DNA from: Camelus dromedarius
Lineage: Eukaryota
Assembly: GCF_036321535.1 (NCBI RefSeq)
Contig: NC_087437.1
Location: 36,706,001 to 36,770,000, forward strand
Direction of reading: 5' to 3'
DNA length: 64,000 nucleotides
Shown: one piece after another, positions 13,221-26,200 of the stretch
Layout of the letters: every line of letters begins with the position of its first letter
Numbering within the stretch: position 1 is the first letter of the stretch
Position numbers and translations under genes: made by a program
Notes under the pieces: generated by a model
The model's input: the letters and a program-made list of their open reading frames with translations, nothing else
Told to the model about the DNA's origin: nothing
Database searches by the model: none

Positions 13221-13838
13221 TGATGCAGGAAAAACGGATGTGAGGCATGAGGAGGGCCATGTCCCAGGCTTTGGTTGAGCCCCTGGGACATGCCCCGCCA
13301 AATGTGGGTTCTTGGCTTCGCTCAGGGAAGAATTCAAGAGCGAGCCACAGTTGAGTAAAGATAGATTTGTTAAGAGAGATACATTGAAAGGCAAGAGAAA
13401 GGCCACGAGGTGTGGGGGTTGGGTGCTCAGATTAAAAGTAGATACACACTCCATAGACAAAGTGTGGGAGGGGGCGGCAGCCGCGAGGCACCGAGGCACA
13501 GTGTTGCCAGTTTTTATGGGCTCAGTGGCTTCATATGCTAATTAGTGGAAGGACCAGTCTGACTAGCCTGGGGAAAGGGCCGGGATTCCCAGGAAGTTGG
13601 CCATTTTCCACTCTTTGTTTTTGTGGCTAGCCTTGGGACTGCCATGGTGCCTGTGGGCGTGTTATTCACCATATTAATATATTAAAATGAGCGTATGATG
13701 AAGCTCAAGTTCTGCTAGAAGTTAAATCTCCCACCATCTGGAGCCTCAAGGCCTACTGGGGGTTGAATCTTCCACCATTTTGATGTTAATTGCTGTAGCA
13801 TTCCTTGAATGGCTGTGCTCTGCCCCCTTCCTGTCTCA
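13221..13838 (-). mobile_element. Young ERV1-class solo LTR
   Basis: GC-rich island that retains CpGs, with TG...CA termini. The minus strand reads tgagacaggaaggggg..., TATA-like cataaaaac (plus 13510-13518), then U5-like aattcttccctgagcgaagccaagaaccc. Flanks gaag/aagg form an imperfect TSD. Confidence 0.8.
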
Positions 13839-15179
13839 AAGGGTCTTTGAGAAAGATTTACTTGAAATGTAAAAGGGAAACTATTTTGACCCACTGTATT
13901 TATGCACGAATGTATTGTATTAAGGTAACTGTCAAAAATTAGGTGGTAGAAAGTTTTCATAATAAAAAAGGTTATGTATCAAAACCATTCTCAAGATCAC
14001 TGAAAGAAAATAAAAGTCTTAGAAGAGAACGTTTTAAAATAATTCAGAAAATACCCTGAATAATGATCTCCTAATGGTTTTGAAGTATATACCAAGTGTT
14101 TCTTAATTTCAGAATTGTCAGTCTTAATTGTATAATTAATAAAACATTTTAAGGACCCTCAAGAGGAAGAGTTTGTAAACATTAAAGATTTTCACAAGGG
14201 TGACACTTTATTATAGTTCAATTACTTTGTAGATGCTTATAGATAGAACTCCTATGAAGCTGAGCCCCAGTGCAGATAGGCAGGACCTAAAACTCTTTAT
14301 CAAGAAATTTTTGTCAACATAGAGATGAAATAAAACAACCACAGTCTAAGGAAGATTGTGCAGCTCACAAAGACTTTCTCAGGCAGCTTATCTCCTCCGT
14401 TACACATAATCTTTGCATTTCCAATTATAGCGGAATCTTCCACCACCACCACCCCCATCTCCTTCCAATTAAAACAGTATTTTTAGAAATGGAAAGTTTC
14501 AAGGTTAAGATTTATATTTCTAACATGACATTTTAAAAAGTTCTTATATTTTTTCACTGAAAAATTGTTGCAAGCATCTGGGAGCAGAGGTTGGGATTTT
14601 TTTTTTTTTTTTAAGAAAAAGGGATCTGTTTTCCCAGAATAGTATTACGTGCATGCCTGAGCCTGTAGGTATACTATTGCTTTAATCTACTTTGCTTTCT
14701 CAAGGGGATCAGATGAAAGGCCTGACTCTTCATTTGACCTCTGGTGTTCAGCTCTGTTGATGAGGAAAAATCTAACCTGCATCTGTCTGTTTCTTATCAC
14801 TCTCTTATTGCTTTTCTTCCTCCTTTTCCTGAACAGTGTTCTTTATCAGTATCCACCTCAACTACCAGAGCTTGAAGATCCTCCTCTCACAGAATACTGG
14901 AGCAGTCATGCTCAATAGCACACTTAGATATGATGCTGGCTGTGGATGGCATTGATGAAATAGAATCCCCTGAGTCTTAGAATATTCTCATAAATAAATT
15001 CTCATAAATAAAAAATAAATAAAATACATTTTACCCAGCTTCATAGGTAACTAAAAAAAAAATCAAATGAAATTTAAATTTAAATCAGTGATTATCCTGA
15101 TGTTATTCAAATTATTCAGAATATTCTGCAATATGAAACTAATGACTTAAATTAAAATTAATATAATTCTGTTTGTCAA

Positions 15180-15297
15180 GGAGGGAGGGTGTAGCTCAGT
15201 GGTAGAGCATGTGCTTAGTATGCACGAGGTCCTGGGTTCAACTCCCAGTACCCCCATTAAAAAATAAAAAAAAAATAAATAAATACATAAATAGATA
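15180..15297 (+). mobile_element. tRNA-Ala-derived camelid SINE (vic-1 type)
   Basis: A box tagctcagtgg, B box gggttcaactcc, A-rich tail. 15-bp TSD aattctgtttgtcaa (15165-15179) / aattctatttgtcaa (15298-15312) with one mismatch. Confidence 0.92.
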
Positions 15298-16546
15298 AAT
15301 TCTATTTGTCAAAATCTACAGATATCACTTTCAGTTGATAAACTATCAGACATTTTTATTAACAAATACGTAGATTGGTTTAATATATCAGTAAATGATG
15401 ACTTTACTGACATCTACTTTGAACATTTTAATGAATGATTTTATATCATTTTATGTCTGAAATTAGTCATATAAATTTCTTATGGAATGTGCAAAAGTGA
15501 AAAATCTGTGTAAGATGAGATAAACTTGTGTAATAAATATGTGTATTTAAAATGTATAGGAAAAAGTTACCTTGATGTAAATTTTTTTGAAAAATTAATT
15601 TTTAAGTGACCTTTTGTGTTTCAGAATGGCTAGATCAGGAAAAAGTTCTCTAACCTTTGTTATTCCATTAGAAAATATCATCTGAATGTCCTCAGGATGA
15701 ATTTAACTAAAAATGTCAAAAGAGCAAGGGGCAACTAGTGGTATATCATGAAATCATGGGTGAAATGTTAAGGCAATTTTGCAGCGGAGATATGTGGTGA
15801 CTGGGAGAAGGTATGACAAAGGTGTAAGTAAGATGACTGTAAACAGAAAAGATGTGATTGCATATAGAGGAATAATCCTAGTCATAATAAACTATACATA
15901 ATTGATGATCTAATCTCAACAAAAGCATTGCTAAATATTTCACATAATTATCATTCAGTTTTCACATCACACTTATAATTAAAGTAAAAAAAAAAAAAAG
16001 ACGTAAAGAAACAGAGACTGAGAGAATTTAAAGTACCCATGTTCCCAGAATAGTTTTAAAGCTATGATTCATTCTAGATTGATTTAACTACCCAGCTTTT
16101 CTCATAACTGTGATATTCTACATCTTCCCTCAGCACCACACTGCACTGCACTATCTCCTGGTGCATAAATTGATTCCCTGATACTGTATGTTCCATGTGA
16201 CTTGATAGAGCAAAGTAGAATAAATATAACCTCAGCTATTTAATATCTAGATTTATTTTACAGTTTGGGAAAATGAATTTACATTAACAGCTTAAATTTA
16301 ACTCGCCATATACTTTTTCTGTTTTTTTCTGCCACAAATGTGGTTTAATGCCATATTGCCTGCTCATCACATGAGTTCTTGTATCTGAAACTGACTAGAG
16401 TAAAACACGAGACCATGCTACATGATAATCCTTTAAATTTATAGTCACCGAATTCAAGTCGATACTGCCTGTAAATTATGACATTTTCTTAGTTCCTGCT
16501 CTCCAAGATAATTTTACACTCTCCCCTTTAATTTTCTCCTTTCTTT

Positions 16547-18061
16547 CTTTTTTTAACATTTTTTATTGATTTATAATCATTTTACAATGTTGTGTCAAAT
16601 TCCAGTGTATAGCACAATTTTTCAGTTATACATGAACATATATATGTTCATTGTCACATTTTTTTCTCTGTGAGCTACCATAAGATCTTGTATATATTTC
16701 CCTGTGCTATACAGTATAATCTTGTTTATCTATTCTACGATTTTTGAAATCCCAATCTATCTCTTCCCACCGCCCGCTCCCTTGGCAACTACAAGTTTGT
16801 ATTCTATGTCTGTGAGTCCATTTCTGTTTTGTATTTATACTTTTTTTTTCTTTCTTTTTTTTTTTTTTTTCAGATTCCACATATAAGCAATCTCATATGG
16901 TATTTTTCTTTCTCTTTCTGGCTTACTTCACTTAGAATGACATTTTCCAAGAGCATCCATGTTGCTGCAAATGGCGTTATGTTGTCGGTTTTTATGGCTG
17001 AGTAGTATTCCATTGTATAAATATTACCACCTCTTCTTTATCCAGTCATCCGTTGATGGACATTTAGGCTGTTTCCATGTCTTGGCTATTGTAAATAATG
17101 CTGCTATGAACATTGGGGTGCAGGTGTCATCCTGAAGTAGGGTTTCTTCTGGATATATGCCCAGGAGCGGGATTCCTGGGTCATATGGTGAGTTTATTCC
17201 TAGTCTTTTGACGAATCTCCATACTGTTTTCCACAGTGGCTGCACCAAACTGCATTCCCACCTGTAGTGTAGGAGGGTTCCCTTTTCTCCACAGCCTCTC
17301 CAGCATTTGTCATTTGTGGATTTTTGAATGATGGCCATTCTGACTGGTGAAAGGTGATACCTCATTATAGTTTTGATTTGCATTTCTCTGATAATTAGTG
17401 ATATTGAGCATTTTTTCATGTGACTATTGATCATTTGTATGTCTTCCTTGGAGGATTGCTTGTTTAGGTCTTCTGCCTATTTTTGGATTGGGTTGTTTAT
17501 TTTCTTCTTACTGAGTCGTATGAGCTGCTTATATATTCTGGAGATCAAGCCTTTGTCAGTTTCATTTGCAAAAAATTTTTCCCATCCCGTAGGTTGTCTT
17601 TTTGTTTTACTTCTGGTTTCCTTTGCTGTGCAGAAGCTTGTAAGTTTCATTAGGTCCCATTTGTTGATTCTTGCTTTTATTTCTGTTGCTTGAGTAGACT
17701 ATTCTAGGAGAAAATTTTTGAGATGTATGTTAGATAATGTTTTGCCTATATTTTCCTCTAGGAGGTTTATTGTATCTTGTCTTATGTTTAAGTCTTTAAT
17801 CCATTTTGAGTTGATTTTTGTGTATGGTATAAGGAAGTGTTCTAGCTTCATTGTTTTACATGCTGCTGTCCAGTTTTCCCAACACCGTTTGCTGAAGAGA
17901 CTGTCTTTATTCAATTGTATATTCTTGCCTCCTTTGTCAAAGATGAGTTGACCAGAAGTTTGTGGGTTCATTTCTGAGCTCTCTATTCTGTTCCATTGGT
18001 CTATACGTCTGTTTTTGTACCAATACCATGCTGCCTTGATGACTGTAGCTCTATAGTGTTG
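16547..18061 (-). mobile_element. Young 5'-truncated LINE-1 (ORF2 C-terminus, 3' UTR, A-tail)
   Basis: Minus-strand ORFs encode L1 ORF2p motifs ([59 protein letters not shown]). Perfect 17-bp TSD aattttctcctttcttt at 16530-16546 and 18062-18078. Confidence 0.97.
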
Positions 18062-18109
18062 AATTTTCTCCTTTCTTTGAGCTTTCATCATCTTTTTTCC
18101 TATTCTGTT

Positions 18110-18770
18110 GCTTAGCTGAACTTTTTGCTTCTTATTCCACAGTGGAAAAAAATAAGAGTTAGAACAGAGTTTTTCAAAAACTCATTGCCATATTTTATAA
18201 TTAATTCCCTTCTATGTATACATATCTAACTTCTCATTTATTACTACAGATGAATTGTCCAAGTCCCTTTCCAAAGCAATGCTTCTAGTTTTTGCTCAAG
18301 ATCCAATACTCTTATTTTTAAATGCAATACCCCAGCAATTTTCCGCTTCCCCACATCATGAATTTTCTCTATCCTTTCCAGATCAGTATGATTAGCATTC
18401 AAACATGCTTTGATTTCTTCCCTTTAAAAAGCCCACACCAGTACTACCCTATACGTCCTTCCCCTGCTCATTCTTTCCTGAAAAAGATCAGCTGTTTGTC
18501 CCTGTTATTCCACAGAAGCTGATCTCTATTTTTCTACATCTGTTGGTCAGTTCTCAGTCCACAGCTAACTTGCTTTAGCAGCGTTTGTAATATTAGTTAA
18601 ATCTTTCTTCCCTGAAGCTCTTTTCTTGGCAAACAGTATTACACTTTCCTGGTTCAACTTCCAATTCACTGGGTGCTTTTCTTCCTCATTTGCTGGTTCC
18701 TCCTAATTAATTCTCAGCACTGGTATGTATGAGAACACAGTTCTTGGACCTCTACATTTCCCTTGTTCTA
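18110..18770 (+). mobile_element. L2 (LINE-2) relic
   Basis: Pyrimidine-rich L2 motifs (agatgaattgtccaagtccctttccaaagc; ggtcagttctcagtcc; ttctcagcactgg...cagttcttggacctcta). Confidence 0.6.
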
Positions 18771-18849
18771 CATTATGGATGGAGGAAATTTAAACATAAA
18801 ATAAAAAATGGAATTACTCATGATCAATAGTGAAGATGCTACCCCAAAA

Positions 18850-19372
18850 GTTAACGACCCCAGTTCTTGTCAAACTTGAATAATAAATTTACAGCCAGGA
18901 GATGGTGCATTGTGTAGAAAAAATTTTTAAAGATTTATTTAGAAAACGAAAAGTACACATCGAAGAATGGTCGGTGGACTGATCCAAGGGAGAAAAAGCA
19001 GCAGTTTTTGTCCCTCTTTTCTCTTATACCCTTGCTTAGAGGTGGTCTCTTGATTGATTGATGGCTCTTGTCCCTGGAATGCTTAGTCATGTTTGGCCCC
19101 TTGTGCTTATCTTTAAAAATGGTGTACACAGAAAAACCCATAGAGGCATCCTAAACCACATTGTTAATTATAATACAATGAACATTCAGTTGTGTCTAGT
19201 TAAGTCGTTTCTGCTGTTGCGCAGTCGTGGCTGTCGGGTTCCAACCAGTTTTTGCTGGCGCTCATTTAAAAGAAGTAAAGTCCCTTTATGCTGGAGGCGG
19301 GTATAATGTCATCTTTCGGACCATCCTTCCTCTCCACCTGTCTGCCTGGTGCCCCCATTTATCTAACTAACA
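18850..19372 (-). mobile_element. ERV solo LTR, family unassigned
   Basis: Minus strand begins tgttagttagat. It then shows CAAT-like caatcaatca (19051-19060), TATA-like gtataag (~19023-19029) and AATAAA (18934-18939) in U3-R-U5 order. CpGs are retained relative to the flanks. Confidence 0.65.
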
Positions 19373-19700
19373 GAAATAGATAGTCTTTAAAAACCCTTAC
19401 AATTAATAGAAGGGAAAAAAATCAACTCAGAACCATTTTTAGCAATTCATCAATTACCAACTATACTATTATGGCTATATTTAATGACTTTTCTAGAATT
19501 AAAATTTAGAGTTAAATACTTAAAACTGGTATTGCTTGTTTAATGTATTTTAGAGGATACTACTTTGTGGCTTCTGAGATTCTACCTAAACATATCTATG
19601 ATGTACAATTCAGAGACTATAAAAACATTTACACAAATATGTATATCTATATATATAAATCGATATTACTTATTGTCCATATAATTTTATGCTAGAATTG

Positions 19701-19957
19701 AATTAAATGAAATATTTTGAAAACATACTTAAGGAGAGTTTAAATATGATTTTGATACCTCATCCAGCATATAGTAAATTAAACTAAAACTTTAGTTAAC
19801 TTTGTTAACTTAATAAAACAGTCTCAAAATTAAATGAAATATTTTGAAAACATACTTAAGGAGAGTTTAAATATGATTTTGATACCTCATCCAGCATATA
19901 GTAAATTAAACTAAAACTTTAGTTAACTTTGTTAACTTAATAAAACAGTCTCAAAAT
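19701..19957. repeat. Exact tandem duplication, 2 x 127 bp
   Basis: 19701-19827 is identical to 19828-19954, plus a 3-nt aat overhang. Confidence 0.97.
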
Positions 19958-22773
19958 AAGTTCTACAGTATTTTAGCCGTGATTTGAGTTGGACTCTATT
20001 TGAGATTATCTAGTTAGGCATTTATATGGGTAAAATGTGAGGTTATTAGACATATATTTGGGAAACATAAGCTTATTTTTCCATAGAATTATCACCCAAA
20101 CACATTATATACTTATTAAAGCAGACAATTGTGAAATCTAAAGAACATGACAAATAGCCTCATATTGAATGCTATGTGGAAGATAAGAGATCATATGCAG
20201 ACTTAAATGTCAGTCTTATATGCATACATGTCAATATTTTATGTAAATAATGTAGGCTTTATATATTAAGAAAAGCTAACCTTGCATTAGATTATTACAT
20301 TAATGTTGCTTATATGGCTTCAATTCAACTTAATTTCCACTAATGCTTTTTACTTGGGTTTCTAATGAGACACTTCTTCCCATACTCAATTTCTATGACT
20401 AAGTTTTTAGATCAAATTTACAAACTTTATTTCATTAAGATTAAGTATTCCTTCTATTATTTTAATCTATTAAAAAGCCTTAAGCACAAATCTACCAGCC
20501 TATATAATAACTCCTTACTCTATATTAATCACATATATGATAATCCTACCTTTCATATTATTACCTATCATACTAGTAAAACAGTCTAATAGAAAACTGT
20601 CAAAGAAAGGCCGCCAGTGAGTATCACAGGCAAAGTTTGTCCACATTAAAGCTTTAATTGGATCTGTTCAAAGATTGAAATATAGTTAACTGTATAATTT
20701 TTCTAACTTGGGGTTTCCTTTCTGAATGCAAGCTACTCTGTAACCATAAATATCTAAAATGAAATACAAATTGGTGTGGCATAACTTGGTCCTTAATGAA
20801 CAACTAATGCCTTATCTATTGTGTTTTTTCAAGTACTTTTTTTACTATTTATAGATTTATTCACTTCTTTACTCTACAAAATGTGCTTACCATGCAGGTG
20901 TGTGAAACTCTACACTATATACAGAGGAGGTCCTCCCATCATTTACATCACTTCTAAAGTACAGGTGGTGGATAGAAATATTTTGACCCTAATAATCACA
21001 CTCTCTACTGTTTTTTTTTTTTAAGAAATACTAATGTTCATTTAGCCAAATATATTGGTTTATGGGGTTTTTTCTGTTATCATATTTCTTACTGTGAAAT
21101 AAACTCTTCCATTCTGTATTTTACTCTAAACTCTTGATTATATTAGTTTCACATTTATCCAACCAGGAAAGTCATGTATTTTTTTTTCATGAAAGTAAGA
21201 TAAACTTTAATACATGCCCAGGTCTTTAATTATTTTGTAGTTTTTAATGAAATATTGTTCATCATCACATAATGAAACAAGGACATGAGCAATGATTGAT
21301 GGAAGAATAGATGTGGGAATAAAGCACCAGTGTTTCTCTCTCTCCCTCCCTCTCTCCCTCTTCTCTTTTTCATATGGAATTTGAAATGTAAAAATTTGCA
21401 TTATAGAAAAAAAAAGTCTTCCTATCTTTCTATATATTTTGTATACATTTTGAGGATCTGTGGCCTGTTTAACAAAATGCAGCTGGTTTGGGCTAATGTT
21501 ATTATAAGAATGATTGTAATTGTTGTTACTGTTTTTGTTGAACACGAAAGAATTTTTTGTGACCATCAATACCCACTTTATTCATTAGACTGATCAACTG
21601 TATAACATCCTTCACAACCATGAAGTAAGAACAGGAGTTTTACACAGATATATGACTGACCTCTTCAGTTGAGTATACTCTGAAAGTGAATGCTAAAGGT
21701 TTCCCAGTGCTATAAAGTTTAACTGTGATTGCTAGGTGCCTCTAAATTGGGTTGTACCTGACTGAAGACTAGAGAATGATTTTCAAAATACTTCTACTAA
21801 AATTACTCCAAACCCCCAGGGATACAGCTTCTAAAGGAATTTGATTGTAGTCCAGTCCAGAAGAAATTATTTTCCTTCATGATTTTTGAAACCACCTGGT
21901 ACTGTACTCTTTTATTTGCCTTTAGTTTTTTCTTTCAGGAAAGAATATACCATTTATTGCCATTACAGGGTTGCCACTAAGTACATATTTATCCTATTAT
22001 AATGCTTTTATGTTAATTTTATTGATGCTACTCATTTAGTTTTGCTTACTGTTGCAAAAAAACTTGGCCAGGTATACCCTCTGCTGAAATGAATACATAG
22101 CATAACATGAAGAGCTGAAGGCTACCAGGTGAGCATCTGAACTCATATGTAAGTTGTAGAGAAGTTGGAAGAGAAATAGCACCTGGTATAATAGAGCTGA
22201 GCAATGACAGGGCTACCAGAAAAGCCAGACCTCATAGGAAGAGGTGAATGGTAGAGAACTATCTAGAATATTTGCTGTAGGAAAGAAAAGAGTATGTAAT
22301 TTCATGAGAAGAATGGTTATAAAAGAATGAAATAAGCTATTTTGTGAGGAGAATGGTGTTGCTAAGAATGAAAATATCTATTGTATAAAATTTTATAACA
22401 ATCATAATCAGTGAGAACTTTTCTGCTGTTATGAAATTAGAAGCACCTGCTATTACCGGTAGTAACAATGCCTGAGCTGAGTGCATCAAATAGACTTTCC
22501 AAGCACTGAAAATGACTGTTGTCATGGAAAACTGCAGTTGTCCAGGAATGAAAATAACTTTTCTGTAGGATCTGTAACAGTTTTAATTGTTGCTTTTGAT
22601 ATGTTACCATCACCAGACACTAGGCAAATACTTGTATATAGATGCTAAAGTTTGCTTACAATCTAACAATTTTTAGTATCTGGGAATCATCTGGTCAATA
22701 ATCTCAGCTTGGGTCACTGTTTTTCAATGACCCACTATTTTCAGTGTTTCAAAATAATATGTTTCTACACCAT

Positions 22774-23243
22774 TGTTGGAGGATTGAGGGAACAAAAAGT
22801 GCCCATGAACAGAGAAGGTATCTTTAGACCAAAAAACGAGGCAGGATCAGTTTATTATAGGGAAACTTACAGAGTAGAATTGGGTGGTCGACAGTCTGGA
22901 AGCATTCACAACTGCACTCCTCACTGTCAAAGGCCATTGGGACAATTTTATTGTTAAGCTAAGGTTTGAGAGTATGTGCTTGAAAACACGAGTTCCATCC
23001 CAAAGTCAAGATTTATGAATGGGTAACTAGTCTCTTGGGACTGGGAATATGTCCACGAAAGTCTTAATCATTATTTCAAGACTCATTGACGGTAGAAGCT
23101 AGCTAGACCTAAAGATCATTAAACAATATATACTAGCTACAAAGCCCTGAATGACAGAGAAGAGATTTACTACACAGTACAATGGAACAACAGGAGGAGC
23201 TGACTAGGCCCAAGATGATGTCAGTTATGCTAATAGCTACACA
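22774..23243 (-). mobile_element. ERV solo LTR, family unassigned
   Basis: TG...CA termini, 5-bp TSD accat/aacat (1 mismatch), AATAAA on the minus strand at 22851-22856. The minus-strand start tgtgtagctattagcataactgacatcatcttgg is LTR-U3-like. Confidence 0.7.
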
Positions 23244-26200
23244 AACATATAAACTGATGTATCTGTTGCCATCTTAAAACTGAGCAAATGTATACTAGAA
23301 TTAGGTAGTTTATTGAATGGAATTTATTTGATTAGTTATTTATAAACTATTTAAAAACAAAATGATACTAAGGTTAAAGGGATATGGATAAAATAAAATT
23401 GTTAAATTATATGTTAATAAGCAATATTAAATTTAGCACAATCCTTTGTTAATGTTGATATTTATTATTCCTTATTGCAAGTGTATTTCCTATAATATAA
23501 TCAAATGAAAATTCAAGTAGGGAGATATTTAATAAAAATAGTTTTTAAAAAATTATAATTAAAGACTGTGAGAAATTTGAAAGATTACCAATAGTAGTAA
23601 TGAGTAAACATAGTTATCCATGTAACTAATTCATTCCTAGTTCATCTGTTCAACAAATGTGTTGAGCACCTAGCATATGCCACTGGTGCATATGATGTGA
23701 ACAAATCTGAAAATATTTTGCCCTCAGAGATCTTACATAATATTGCCATTACATATTCATTATGTTTTAATTAGTTACATATTACATTAAATACTAATAT
23801 CATGTCTTCTTTAGCAGATTTGGTTTTAGATTTTAAGATCTACAAAAATTACTGTTAGAACATTTCCATCACCCTAAAGTATTCTATATCTTGTTTGTGG
23901 TGCTAGTCATATGGGCATAGATATTTGTGAAAAGGCATCAAAATGTACAATTAAATTTTTTAGTTAGCTGGACACTTCAAACTATAGAATTAAAATTAAA
24001 ATTATTATATATATATTATATCTTAATAAAGTAGATTCTTTACGTGCTTGATGAGCTATTTCTATTTACATACTGTAGTAGTTACTTACATGTACATTCC
24101 TAAATTTCACAAGTATATATATCTTTGACGTGGAAATAAAGAGACATGGAGAGAAAAAGACTGAGAAGGAGGAATGGTTTGATATATTTTGGGAACTTTA
24201 GGTCAAGGATTAGTATATTTGTTGTATTTTAGGAATAGCATTTTTATTTAAAATGAGGTTATTTCATCTCTATTTGCCCTTCAGATCCTCAGGATGACAT
24301 TACTGGTGTCACTCATAGATGGCATAGAGAAGGTCTCCTATGAACTGGGATGATTTATAGAAAAATAAAACTTTATTGTCTTGCTATAAGGATATTTACC
24401 TTTCTTTGGAACTTTCATTTTTAGGAATAGTTTATAAAGAGACAAATTTTCTTGCAAAGAAATGAAGAAAAATAAAAATTAGTTTGTCTTCAGTTCATCT
24501 GACACCCATTAAGTTCTGTTACATAGTTTAAGAGACCCAGAAAGCACATATCCTACCTTTGGTTAATGACAGAATCAGTTCAAAAGAGAATTTATAGCTG
24601 AAGCCTCTGAGAATAGCTTTCTAAGTCTGTGCCACCAATTGTATGTGGCTGAGATTAAGAGAATATCAGAGAAGGAAAGCAGGAACAGAGGCTGCAGACT
24701 TGACTCCTTTCAACTGATTCAAACAAACTGACATTGGCCCAGAAACAGAATTATCACCATTAACCTGAGATAGAAATGATTCAAACGTCACACTGCTAAC
24801 AAATAAAATAAGAAGGCAAAGGTGTTCCTGATGTTTGTTTAAGATTGTTTTGAACAGTAAAATGAAGCCTTTATGTTGTAATTATATAAAAATGAAGGGA
24901 GTGCTATGTCTGTCATGGTAGAAAACGGAGAAGAAAATCAGTATGAGTAACTTGAAACAAACCTGGCAAAATATGAATACTGCTTTCTAATAAAACCAGT
25001 CTCTTATTATAGCTCTGTTTCTAGACATTTGCTGTTTTCTCTTTTGGGATCTTCTTATACCTACTCTTCCTTCCCTCTTCCTTATCCTGTAAACATGGAC
25101 TTATACCTCAGAATTTAGCTTATGTCTTATCATGCCTTCCTTGCTTCAGTCTCTAGCCTGTCCAGAGCACCCTTTTTATCCCAGGTGCTCATGATACAGG
25201 GTGCATAATCCTTGCCCAAGACAGTTATCATATGATATTATAGTTTTATATTTACTTATTATGTCTGTCATTAGCAGAGAGCTCCTTAACAAAGGAATTG
25301 TCCAAAGAGTAATTTCTAGAAAGCCTTTCCTCTTACTCGTGATCATATCTTCCTTAAGCCATTTTAAAACACATTGTAATTTACTATTTATTATTTTCTT
25401 TCATTTATGTACATTACAAAGTGTTCTCTATGACTGTGGAGACAGTCTGTCTTGTTTGTTCTATTCATAGTGCTTCACAAAGTGCCTGGACCATAGCAAA
25501 CATTCAAATATTTACTGAATGAGTGGACAAATAAATGAATACATCATGACTTTTTTATCATCATATGTCTGAAAGATACCATCTTATCTAATACATAATG
25601 GATATGTTAATAGAGAAAAGACTTGTGAGAAATGTTAGAAAGAGGAGAAAATGGACATTATTGTTAACATATGAAAATTACCTATTTGAATATGCAAATT
25701 AGGAGATGGTATACCAATGAATGCAGAGAATAAGCCTTGTATCTAAACTCTGGATTGCATCTTATATTTTTTTCTAACTTTTATTTACCAATTTGCATCC
25801 CAATGCCTGACTTATTCATTACAAAATGAACTCAGTTTTACAGATGTCTTGCATCAAAATAATAGAAAATAATAATTGTATAAAACATTATGATATTTTA
25901 GGAAATATTTATTCCAACAATGATGTTAAAAATAAGTAAATTAGTCTCACCAATGTGATAGAATTATCCAGTTAAAATCTAGTTAGTAGCAGAATCAAAG
26001 CAATAACATGTAGTTACAAAATATCATATTATGAAATTTTATCCACACATACAACATGTAAGCAAAATATATTTAATGTATTGTATGTACTTACTTATGA
26101 AGAAGGACATATTTACTTAGTTGATACACATACTAATAGAATTTAAGGGGAAGGCAAGAGACGCTAGATCAAAGAAAATCTTAATTAGTGGCTTTGAATC

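Noticed and set aside
15180..15256. tRNA-Ala gene (also at 37640-37713 and 56950-57025)
   Set aside because: A-rich tails, TSDs (two copies) and mismatched stems or anticodon identify them as SINE retrocopies.
17699..18091. 130-aa ORF as a novel chimeric protein
   Set aside because: The first ~11 residues come from flank and TSD and the rest is truncated L1 ORF2. This is a chance in-frame fusion.
20365..20589. NUMT suggested by G-poor, mitochondrial-like composition
   Set aside because: No mitochondrial gene or tRNA motif recognisable; composition alone is insufficient. BLASTN against mtDNA would settle it.
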